Shown here piece by piece: positions 38,234 through 46,531 of a DNA stretch of 64,000 nt (position 1 is its first letter; each line of letters starts with the position of its first letter). Below the pieces are notes generated by a model. It saw nothing but the letters and a program-made list of their open reading frames with translations. It was not told where the DNA came from and made no database searches. The DNA lies in the NCBI GenBank assembly GCA_038230375.1, contig JBBRNJ010000019.1, positions 50,845 to 114,844 of the forward strand, written 5' to 3'. A program made the position numbers and the translations under genes. The DNA is from Polyangiales bacterium (GTDB lineage: Bacteria; Myxococcota_A; Polyangia; Polyangiales; Polyangiaceae).

Positions 38234-39286
38234 CTAGCGGTCCCGTCGACGGCTCGCGAGCCGCACGAGCACCAGACCCGCGACAGCCGCGAGGCCCGCG
38301 AACAGAGCTGATGGCGACGGTCCCGTCCTGGAAGCCCGGCACCCGCCAATACCGCCGGGCGCACCAGTGGTGCACTGCGGTTCGGGTTCGCGGTCGACGC
38401 AGGGATGCGATCATTCGAGAGCACCGACCTGCGTGAGCGCTCGGGCGCGGACTGCGTCATAGTCGCTCGTCTGCTTCGCGAAGTCCCACGTGAGGTCTGC
38501 GTCGTTCACGTGGAAGAAGGGCGCATTCTGCGGCTCGTACCGACCGTCGCTGACGACAAGGAGCGTGATGCCGACGGTGTCGCGCGTGCCGATGCTCGCC
38601 ATGCGGAGCGGCAACGAGAACGATGCACCAAGCGAGGTGACCCGGATCGGGCGCGTTGTCTCCACGCCAGAACCAGGGAGCAGCTTCATGGCGAGGAAGT
38701 CGAAGCCCTCCTTCACGTACGCATCGATCTTCGGCTTTGCATCGCTCGACACCGGGAAGTTGTTGTCCGCGAGCCAGCCCTCGAGCGCCGCGGAGTCCGT
38801 CGCGTGAAGCTGCACCGTCGCATACGGACCCACCGTCGCTGCGCTCGTGACGACGACGTGCCCATCGCCACCGCCCGCGCCCGTGCTGGCGCCAGCGTCC
38901 TCGTTCCTGGCGCTGCCCGCCATCTGGTCCTCGGGGCACACGCTCACGGCTGCGCATCCGGTGGCCGGCCGCTGGATCTTGGTCGCGGTGAAGCCGTCGA
39001 GCGTCGCGAAGAGAGCGTCAGAGCTGAGCGCGACATCGACCTTGCCATGGATAGGAAGCACCCACCCGAACGACGCTGGGCTGCCGCTGTACTTGATCTC
39101 CGAATAGAGCGTGGTCTGTGTCGCTGACACCGACAGGATCATGCGTTCGTCAGTGACGTCGGCGGGCGTCTCGGACGGAGGGGGAAAGAAGCCGCCGCAT
39201 GCGGAGGCCTCGCGGGTCGTGAAGAGGATGGTTCCCAGGGCAGCCGCGAGCGCGGCGACACGGGCGAGGTTGGTTCGTCTGGACAT
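38234..39286 (-). pseudogene. DUF2330-family protein, apparently disrupted (stop at 38411-38413, MYXO-CTERM-like tail beyond)
   Basis: ASACGGFF, FGWVLPI, VGPY and LPLRM motifs; GGC-TM-RRR tail in frame after the TGA. Confidence 0.7.
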
Positions 39287-39318
39287 ACTTGCGAATGAGC
39301 AACGTCGGGCTCACCCGA

Positions 39319-39345
39319 TTGACAATATATCGTGAAACGATATAT
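39319..39345 (+). promoter_or_regulatory. -35 box plus perfect palindromic operator (likely MarR autoregulation)
   Basis: TTGACA directly followed by ATATATCGT-GAA-ACGATATAT. Confidence 0.8.
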
Positions 39346-39354
39346 GTGCCTCCC

Positions 39355-39768
39355 ATGACGCTGCAAGTCTCCAGCTCGGACTACCGAGCGCTCGCCGAGA
39401 TCCGCTACCGCATCCGCTGCTTCCTGAACTTCAGCGAGGCGCGCGCGCGGGAGGTCGGGCTGGAGCCGCGGCAGCATCAGCTGCTTCTTGCGATCCGCGG
39501 TCTGCCCGAGGACGTGGCCCCCACGATCGGACGCATTGCGGAGCGACTTCAGATCCAGCATCACAGCGCGGTGGAGCTCGTTCGGCGCGCGGTCTCCAAC
39601 GACCTGGTCGTCAAGCGAGAGAGCGAGCGCGACGCGCGCGAGGTGCTCCTCGAGATACGGCCGAAGGGAGAGCGACTGCTCGAGAAGCTCGCTGTCGGGC
39701 ATCGCACGGAGCTCAGGTCCATGGCGCCCGTGCTGACCGGCGCGCTGGAAGCGCTGGTGTCGCGATGA
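39355..39768 (+). CDS. MarR-family transcriptional regulator
   Basis: GLEPRQHQLLL, TIGRIAERL and DAREV wing motifs. Confidence 0.9.
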   Translation: MTLQVSSSDYRALAEIRYRIRCFLNFSEARAREVGLEPRQHQLLLAIRGLPEDVAPTIGRIAERLQIQHHSAVELVRRAVSNDLVVKRESERDAREVLLEIRPKGERLLEKLAVGHRTELRSMAPVLTGALEALVSR

Positions 39769-41603
39769 AGCGCGCTCCCACGCTGCTCGATGGGCTCGGG
39801 GATTTCACGACCACCTGGCGCGTCCTGCCGATCGCCGTGCTCGCGGGGCTTGTCGGCGCCATCAGCGCGTTCGTCGCCGTGGCGTTGTTGAAGATGATCG
39901 CGCTGTTCACGAACCTCTTCTTCTTCCAGAGGGCGAGCTTCGCGAGCGCCTCACCAGCAAACCACCACCTCGGCCATGCTGCCGTGCTGGTGCCCATCGC
40001 CGGAGCGCTGATCATCGGCGTGATGGCACGCTATGGTTCGAACAAGATCCGGGGCCACGGCATCCCGGAGGCCATCGAGGCGATCCTGATGCGCGGCAGC
40101 CGTGTGGAGCCGCGGATCGCCGTACTCAAGCCGATCGCGAGCGCCATCTCCATCGGCTCGGGCGGTCCGTTCGGCGCGGAGGGGCCAATCATCATGACGG
40201 GCGGCGCCATCGGCTCGCTCGTCGCGCAGCTGTTCGCGCTCACGAGCGCCGAGCGCAAGACGCTCCTCGTGGCTGGCGCTGCTGCGGGCATGAGCGCCAC
40301 GTTTGCGTCGCCGCTCGCGTCCGCGTTGCTCGCGGTGGAGCTCTTGCTCTTCGAGTGGAAGCCGCGCAGCTTCATTCCGGTCGTCGTGGCCAGTGTCACC
40401 GCTTCGTTCGTGAGACCATCGCTCCTCGGGGAGGGACCGATCTTCCCGGTTCCGGCGCATGCGCCGAGCGCGACGTGGCAGCTCGCCCTTGGCTGCGTCG
40501 CGTGCGGGCTTGCGGCAGGCGTGATGTCCGGACTGCTCACCAAAGGTGTCTATCTGTTCGAGGACCTCTTCCAGAAGCTTCCGATCCACTGGATGTGGTG
40601 GCCGGCCATCGGCGGTCTCGCGATAGGGCTCGGCGGTCTGATCGAGCCACGGGCCCTCGGCGTTGGTTACGACGTGATCGAGTCAGCGCTCGGCGGCGAG
40701 CTCCTGGGGCGTGCGCTCGTCGTGCTGATGATGGTCAAGGCCACGATCTGGATCATCTCGCTGGGCTCGGGAACATCCGGAGGCGTGCTCGCGCCGCTCC
40801 TCATCATGGGTGCATGCCTGGGGGGCTTGCTGGGCGACGTCATGCCGCCCATGTCGCGCGGCTTCTGGCCTCTGGTCACCATGGCCGCCATCCTCGGCGG
40901 AACGATGCGGGCTCCGCTCACCGGCATCGTGTTCGCGCTGGAGCTCACGCACGACTGGGGCATGATCCTCCCGCTGCTCGTCGCCGTGCCCGTGGCCTAC
41001 GCGTTCACAGTGCTGGTGCTTCGGCGCTCGATCCTGACGGAGAAGGTGAGCCGCCGCGGCTTTCATCTCAGTCGCGAGTACGCGACCGACCCGTACGAGA
41101 TCCTGTTCGTGCGCGAGATCATGACGACGAAGGTCGTCGTCTTGCCTGCGTCGATCACGCGCGCCGAGTTCCTCGCTGCCGAGAACGGAGAAGCAAAGGC
41201 CCGTCGTCTGTTCTACGTGGTGGATGGGGCGCGCAAGCTCTGCGGCGTGATCACACGTGAGCGGCTCGAAGCCTGGCTGCTGGGTGTGCCGCCGAGCTCG
41301 CGAGCGGTGCTCGACGCGCCGCCGGAGAACACTCTTGGTGACGTCGCCCGCAAGGCCGTCGTGGCAGATGCCGACGAGCCGCTCCGTGCCGTGCTCTCAC
41401 GCATGGCGGATACTGGACGGACGTGGCTGCCGGTCGTCGCGCACGACGATCCACGCGAGATCGTCGGGGAGATCACGCTCGAGGACACGCTGAAGGCAGG
41501 CGTCAAGCATCTGGAAGAGGAGCAACGCCGGGAGCGCGTCCTTCCCCTCGAGGCGATGATCCCGCGGTGGCTGAAGCTCGGAACGGGCGTCCGCACGCGG
41601 TAG
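39765..41603 (+). CDS. ClC chloride channel/antiporter with CBS domains
   Basis: GHGIPE, GAEGP, GTSGGV and APLT motifs; CBS pair; ATGA-coupled to MarR. Confidence 0.93.
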   Translation: MKRAPTLLDGLGDFTTTWRVLPIAVLAGLVGAISAFVAVALLKMIALFTNLFFFQRASFASASPANHHLGHAAVLVPIAGALIIGVMARYGSNKIRGHGIPEAIEAILMRGSRVEPRIAVLKPIASAISIGSGGPFGAEGPIIMTGGAIGSLVAQLFALTSAERKTLLVAGAAAGMSATFASPLASALLAVELLLFEWKPRSFIPVVVASVTASFVRPSLLGEGPIFPVPAHAPSATWQLALGCVACGLAAGVMSGLLTKGVYLFEDLFQKLPIHWMWWPAIGGLAIGLGGLIEPRALGVGYDVIESALGGELLGRALVVLMMVKATIWIISLGSGTSGGVLAPLLIMGACLGGLLGDVMPPMSRGFWPLVTMAAILGGTMRAPLTGIVFALELTHDWGMILPLLVAVPVAYAFTVLVLRRSILTEKVSRRGFHLSREYATDPYEILFVREIMTTKVVVLPASITRAEFLAAENGEAKARRLFYVVDGARKLCGVITRERLEAWLLGVPPSSRAVLDAPPENTLGDVARKAVVADADEPLRAVLSRMADTGRTWLPVVAHDDPREIVGEITLEDTLKAGVKHLEEEQRRERVLPLEAMIPRWLKLGTGVRTR

Positions 41604-41641
41604 ACCGTGTGGGGTCTCACTCTCTCGGCTACGCTCCTCCC

Positions 41642-42307
41642 ATGGCACACTGGGAGCACCGAGACGAACCGCGCTGGAAGGAGTTCCGCTTCAACCAACC
41701 GTACGCGAAGGGCCTCGCGCGTTTGAAGGACGAGGTTCTCGCGAAGACCGACTTCGACCCGGCCACGCTGTGGCAGTGGGGCACGATGCAGGCGATGGCG
41801 GTGCTCGAGATCTTGAAGACCGCGGAGGCGGAGTTCGGCGAGAAGGGCCAGGCGATGGTGCACCGCGCGCTGCGCAACATCGGGCTCGACATCGGCAGGC
41901 AGGTCCTTGCGGGGACCACCATCCCCGAGGGGCTCACCTCCGCCGAGTTCTCCTCGTTCTACGCGACAGTCATCAATCGCATCGTCTATGCGTCACTGGA
42001 GGAGGCGCGCATCGAAGGCACGGAGCAGGCAAGCTTCGACATCATCTGGTGCCCACATCAAGATCACTACGGTGCGTTCGACTGTCGCGTGCAGCGCTAC
42101 TTCGTGGAAGGCATGATCGAGGCTGCGCGGGAGCGTGCGAGCGAGCATGGCTTCGAGGTGCGCTTCGACTCGACCATTCCGGCGGGCGCGAAGACATGTC
42201 ACTTCACGCTGTGGAAGCCCAGCGCCGAGGAGAAGGCGACGTGGGATGGCTACACGAAGCTGCTCGAAGACAAGGCGCTCGTCCGCTCGAAGCGCGAGAA
42301 GGCCTGA
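41642..42307 (+). CDS. ATC-hydrolase-like / V4R-fold protein
   Basis: WCP..FDC..TIPAGAKTCHF Cys pattern. Confidence 0.65.
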   Translation: MAHWEHRDEPRWKEFRFNQPYAKGLARLKDEVLAKTDFDPATLWQWGTMQAMAVLEILKTAEAEFGEKGQAMVHRALRNIGLDIGRQVLAGTTIPEGLTSAEFSSFYATVINRIVYASLEEARIEGTEQASFDIIWCPHQDHYGAFDCRVQRYFVEGMIEAARERASEHGFEVRFDSTIPAGAKTCHFTLWKPSAEEKATWDGYTKLLEDKALVRSKREKA

Positions 42308-42313
42308 GCACAG

Positions 42314-42985
42314 TCAGGCAAGCGGACGGAAGCCGCGGATCTGCAGCGCGAGTGAGTCCTTGAGTCCAGGGTCGAGCGCGGCCTCCAGCGTGGAGTAGCC
42401 GCTGATCCACGAGAGCAACGCCAGGAAGTACAGACCGAAGACATTGCGCGCACACGCAAGCGGATCAACGTCGCGCGCGACCTCTCCGCGCGCCTGCGCG
42501 TTCGCGACCAGGAGCGAGAGGCGATGCAAGAACGCAAACGTCAGCGTGGAGACGCGCTGCGCGTTCGGTCCGCTCGCTCCAGGCAGGTGCTTCACGAAAG
42601 CAGCCGCGACGCCTGGGTGCACGCTGTACATCTCGAACAGCCCGGCGAAAACGTAGAGGAGCTGCTCCAGCAGCGGTCTGGTGGGCACGCTCGCCATCCG
42701 CGCCTCCACGACGCTCTCCAGTTGATCGTGCATCACCAGGAAGAGGAGGTCTGCCTTGTCGCTCGCGTGCACGAAGATGGTGCCGGCGGCCACGCCTGCC
42801 CGCTTCGCGATCGCATTCGTGGTCGTCTCGTCGAAGCCGATCGCGGAGAACAGCTCCAGAGCAGCCTGGCGGATCCGTTCACGGGTGACGACGCGCCGAA
42901 GTCCACGTCCGTCCGGGCGCTTCGCGGGGACCTGCTCGACGCGGGCCTTCCTTTTCCTTCTCTTTTTCGTGGGAGGGCGGGGCAT
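42314..42985 (-). CDS. TetR-family regulator
   Basis: RERIRQAALELF..GFDETT..IAKRAGVAAGT HTH. Confidence 0.92.
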   Translation of the reverse strand: MPRPPTKKRRKRKARVEQVPAKRPDGRGLRRVVTRERIRQAALELFSAIGFDETTTNAIAKRAGVAAGTIFVHASDKADLLFLVMHDQLESVVEARMASVPTRPLLEQLLYVFAGLFEMYSVHPGVAAAFVKHLPGASGPNAQRVSTLTFAFLHRLSLLVANAQARGEVARDVDPLACARNVFGLYFLALLSWISGYSTLEAALDPGLKDSLALQIRGFRPLA

Positions 42986-43006
42986 GGAGGGAGGGGAGGG
43001 GAAATA

Positions 43007-43093
43007 TGACCATACTCAATCTTTTCCCGACGTCACCATTGACCTTCCTGGGATGTGCCGCAACATAATGAGTGTACTCAGTGACTGTGGTCA
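43007..43093. promoter_or_regulatory. Three TGAS-N4-STCA boxes, putative TetR operators
   Basis: TGACCATACTCA (43007), TGAGTGTACTCA (43069) and TGACTGTGGTCA (43082) in the divergent intergenic region. Confidence 0.65.
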
Positions 43094-43113
43094 TGAACCT
43101 TGGGAGGCCTGGA

Positions 43114-43743
43114 ATGCTCGTGCCGTACGCAGACGAGATGACGATGCAGGAGGCGCGTAGCCGCTACTTCGAAGTGAACGGCTTCGGTACGAATGGTGGC
43201 TACGACGACGCGTGGGTGGACTTCAAGCTCGGGCCGATTCCGTTTCCGTTCCCCAACACCGCCGCGCGCATCCGCGCCGTCAGGATCCACGATCTGCATC
43301 ACGTACTGACCGGCTACGACACCGACATCGTCGGCGAGTTCGAGATCTCCGCGTGGGAGATCGCAGCGGGTTGCAAGGGCTTCGCGGCGGCCTGGGTCCT
43401 GAACCTGGGCGGCATGGGAGGCGGACTCTTTCGCTGCCCCGGTCGCGTGTTTCGCGCATTCGTGCGGGGCCGCACGAGCAGGTCTCTCTATGGTGAGTCG
43501 CTGGACTCGCTTCTTCACACCACCGTGGCCGACACGCGCGCCCGCTTCATCGCCGAGAAGAGCCGCCGCGCAACCATCGCGGACATCGCGCTCTTCGTCG
43601 CGAGCCTCGCAGCGGGCCTCACCATCGGAGCGATCCTCTTCTGGCTCTTCGTCCCGCTGGTTCCAGTAGGGCTCGTGATGAGCAGCCTGCGGCGCCGCGC
43701 TCTCGCCGCCAATTCCCCGGCATCTGACGCGAAGAGTGCGTGA
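43114..43743 (+). CDS. Coq4-like (HDxxH) membrane-associated protein
   Basis: HDLHHVLTGY..GE motif; GGAGG SD. Confidence 0.75.
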   Translation: MLVPYADEMTMQEARSRYFEVNGFGTNGGYDDAWVDFKLGPIPFPFPNTAARIRAVRIHDLHHVLTGYDTDIVGEFEISAWEIAAGCKGFAAAWVLNLGGMGGGLFRCPGRVFRAFVRGRTSRSLYGESLDSLLHTTVADTRARFIAEKSRRATIADIALFVASLAAGLTIGAILFWLFVPLVPVGLVMSSLRRRALAANSPASDAKSA

Positions 43744-44024
43744 GGACTACTTGCAATCGGACTCGAGAAAACGCGCTTCTCACCGTATGCTCGAAGGATG
43801 GGGGAGGGCGCGCCTCAGCCGCGCGATCGCCGCCAAGTACACCACGAGCGCGCCGTGACCCGCGTACCCGCCAGAAGCGAGCGGTGACCACCGAGTCATG
43901 CGCTTCGCCCCGTGTCGGGATGGCACGCCGCGGCACAGGCCACAGCTGCCGATCGCAGCCAGCGCCGATCCACATTCCGCTGGTTTTTCCGGTGAACCGT
44001 GGCGTTCGCAGACGTGGCGTGATG

Positions 44025-44039
44025 CGGCATGCGAGTTGC
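44025..44039 (+). promoter_or_regulatory. Sigma-54 promoter
   Basis: CGGCATGCGAGTTGC, 12 nt before ATG 44052. Confidence 0.65.
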
Positions 44040-44051
44040 GTATGTCGCGTC

Positions 44052-44756
44052 ATGACCCCCGCCGCGCTCCTCGGAACTGCATCGATCGCCACAGTCACCT
44101 GCCTGGTCCTTGGTGGCGTGCTCGCCGCATGCGGCGGACACACGTCGCTCGCAACCGATGCTTCGGGTGACGGTGGCGGTGGTGGTGGCGGCGACAGCGG
44201 GAGCACCAAGCGCGCGCCTCCTGCTGAGCACCGCGCCATCGCCCCTGTATGCGCGCCGTCTCCGGTGGGCGCCGAGCCGACGATCCCGGACGCGGGGGCG
44301 GATGCGAGCACCTTTGCCTGCGCGAGAAACGAGGACTGCACCGCGCGCGCGGGAGGACGCTGTGTCTATTCCAGCGGAGCCTGCGGCGAACCCTGTCAGG
44401 TCACACCGCCGGGCAGCGGCTGCCTGTATGACGAGTGCACGACCGACAAGAACTGTCCCACGGCGTCCATCTGTCAGTGCGGGCAGGGCGGACCGTCGCC
44501 CAACGGCTGCAGCTTGGTCGGCAACTGCCGCGTCGACGCAGACTGTGCGAGCGGCTACTGCTCTCCCAGCGCCGACGGATGCGGCACGTTCAACGGGTAC
44601 TTCTGTCATTCGGCCGGCGACACGTGCAGCGACGACGCCGACTGCCGGGACAACGGTGGCGGCCTTCTCCAGAAGTGCGTTGTCGACAGCGCGACCCAGG
44701 CGTGGAGTTGCAAGAACGTAGGCTGCGCCCAGGCCGGCTCCAGCGGCGGCGGCTGA
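44052..44756 (+). CDS. Cys-rich lipoprotein (CxxxxDC-type repeats)
   Basis: Lipobox LAAC followed by 22 further Cys. Confidence 0.85.
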   Translation: MTPAALLGTASIATVTCLVLGGVLAACGGHTSLATDASGDGGGGGGGDSGSTKRAPPAEHRAIAPVCAPSPVGAEPTIPDAGADASTFACARNEDCTARAGGRCVYSSGACGEPCQVTPPGSGCLYDECTTDKNCPTASICQCGQGGPSPNGCSLVGNCRVDADCASGYCSPSADGCGTFNGYFCHSAGDTCSDDADCRDNGGGLLQKCVVDSATQAWSCKNVGCAQAGSSGGG

Positions 44757-44894
44757 TCGGACGGACGGTCCGTTGCGCAGGCGTCTCTCTCCGCACGGAC
44801 CGGTGTGGCGAGGATCCAGATTTTTCTCACGCCGGTGACACCAGTGCACCCGCTCCAACCCATGGAAAAGCCACGAAAAGAGCGCGTGCGCACA

Positions 44895-44909
44895 TGGTAT
44901 GCGAATTGC
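44895..44909 (+). promoter_or_regulatory. Sigma-54 promoter
   Basis: TGGTATGCGAATTGC, 14 nt before ATG 44924. Confidence 0.65.
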
Positions 44910-44923
44910 GGAGATGCTCCGAC

Positions 44924-46471
44924 ATGCTCCGCCAAACCCTCGGGCTGCTCGGCTCGACCCTGTTCACCTTCGCTCTCCTTGCTACGCCCGCCTGCACGGA
45001 GGACACGTCTCCCGCCGACACGGCGAACGAGAGCGAACTCACCATGGGCAACAAGCCATGGGACGCGGCTGCGGACAGAGAGTGGTCGTCGTTCATCGGC
45101 GCCATCGGCGAGGCACGCGCTGCAGGTCGCTGCACCACGCTCAACCAGTGCATCAACGACAAGACGGTCAACACCTACAAGCAAGACGGTGACCCCGATC
45201 TGAACCTGTTCGCGGACTGCTCCAAGCTTCCAATGGAGCTGCGCGCATACTTCGCAATGAAGACGGGGCGTCCGTTTCGCTACGTGAGCGAGGTCGTTGG
45301 CGACACACCGGCGAGCTTCAATCCCGACGCGGGCACTGCGCCTGACTATCGCTACACGAAGGGCAATCATCCGACCGCGTGGAACACCGCCAGGACGGCC
45401 TCCACGTTGGGCACGCTGATGTCGCGCATCACGTCGCTCTACCACTCGGGCTTCTATCGAATGGCGCCGGACGTGGAGGACATTGACACGTATCCGATCG
45501 ACATTCGGCCCGGCACCGTGCGCCCGGGCACCATCTATTACGACCCGAACGGGCATGTGCTCCTCGTGTATCGCGTGGAGGCGGACGGCACGGTGAGGTT
45601 CATCGACAGCCATCCGGACAACTCGCTCACGAACACGCTCTTCGACAGCCGGCTGGGCATGGGCAGCGCGGCCACCGGCGGAGGCTTCAAGAATCTCCGA
45701 CCCATCACCTCGGGCGGCGCGGGGTACACGCCCAACGCGCAGCTCGCGGACTACGGAACCACGCAGTACGGCCACGGTAGCGGCTACTACGACTGGGTCC
45801 GATCACAGCTCTCCGGCGGTCAGGCCGTGAAGCCCGACGTGAAATTCGGACAGATGGTCGACCAGCTCTGCGTGGACGCCAAGTCGCGCGTCGCCGCTGT
45901 CGACGCTGGCGTTCATCTCTCGAGCGGCGCAATCGGCGACATGCCTCCGAACATCTACGGCGCCGACGGCGACTGGGAGGCGTTCTCCACGCCGGGGCGC
46001 GACGTGAAGCTGCGCGCGAGCTTCCGCAACATCGCGCAGTACGTGACCACGTCCGTCGCGGCGGTGAAGAGCAAGGATCCGTCGGTGTCGTGGGACGGCA
46101 CGTCGCAGACGCTCGTCGCCCGGTACAAGAGCGTGTGGTCGCAGAGCCTCGCGTCATGCGGGTTCGACTACACGGGCTCGGGCGGCGCAGCGGTGTCGCT
46201 CACGCTCGCGGACGTGCAGAAGCGCATCTACGACCTGTCGTTCGATCCCTATGCGTGCGTCGAGATGCGATGGGGCGCGTATCCCGGCACGCCTTCCGAG
46301 CAGGCCGCCTGCAACGCGAAGGATGCAGACCACATGCAACGCTTCGCCGACGAGCGCACCATGCGCAACGTGATCGATCGGCCCGCGGCCGGCACCGACA
46401 CGCCGATCGGCTTCGGACCGGCGAGCCCGCAGGACATCGACGTCTCCGCGCTCCTCGCCCGGATGCAGTGA
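44924..46471 (+). CDS. Lipoprotein with putative papain/NlpC-P60-like Cys-His-Asp motif
   Basis: Lipobox-like TPAC; ADCS, GHVLLV and FIDS motifs. Confidence 0.8.
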   Translation: MLRQTLGLLGSTLFTFALLATPACTEDTSPADTANESELTMGNKPWDAAADREWSSFIGAIGEARAAGRCTTLNQCINDKTVNTYKQDGDPDLNLFADCSKLPMELRAYFAMKTGRPFRYVSEVVGDTPASFNPDAGTAPDYRYTKGNHPTAWNTARTASTLGTLMSRITSLYHSGFYRMAPDVEDIDTYPIDIRPGTVRPGTIYYDPNGHVLLVYRVEADGTVRFIDSHPDNSLTNTLFDSRLGMGSAATGGGFKNLRPITSGGAGYTPNAQLADYGTTQYGHGSGYYDWVRSQLSGGQAVKPDVKFGQMVDQLCVDAKSRVAAVDAGVHLSSGAIGDMPPNIYGADGDWEAFSTPGRDVKLRASFRNIAQYVTTSVAAVKSKDPSVSWDGTSQTLVARYKSVWSQSLASCGFDYTGSGGAAVSLTLADVQKRIYDLSFDPYACVEMRWGAYPGTPSEQAACNAKDADHMQRFADERTMRNVIDRPAAGTDTPIGFGPASPQDIDVSALLARMQ

Positions 46472-46531
46472 AATCATCGCGATAACATCCCGCTCCTGGA
46501 ACTTTCTGCCCTCTTGTGCGTTCCAAGAGGA

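Noticed and set aside
38411..38413. Selenocysteine at the in-frame TGA of DUF2330
   Set aside because: Not in a redox motif, no SECIS hairpin I can support, and the gene looks shorter than typical family members, which favours deletion
39299..39313. Sigma-54 promoter for DUF2330 (TGAGCCCGACGTTGC on the - strand)
   Set aside because: The invariant -24 GG is GA
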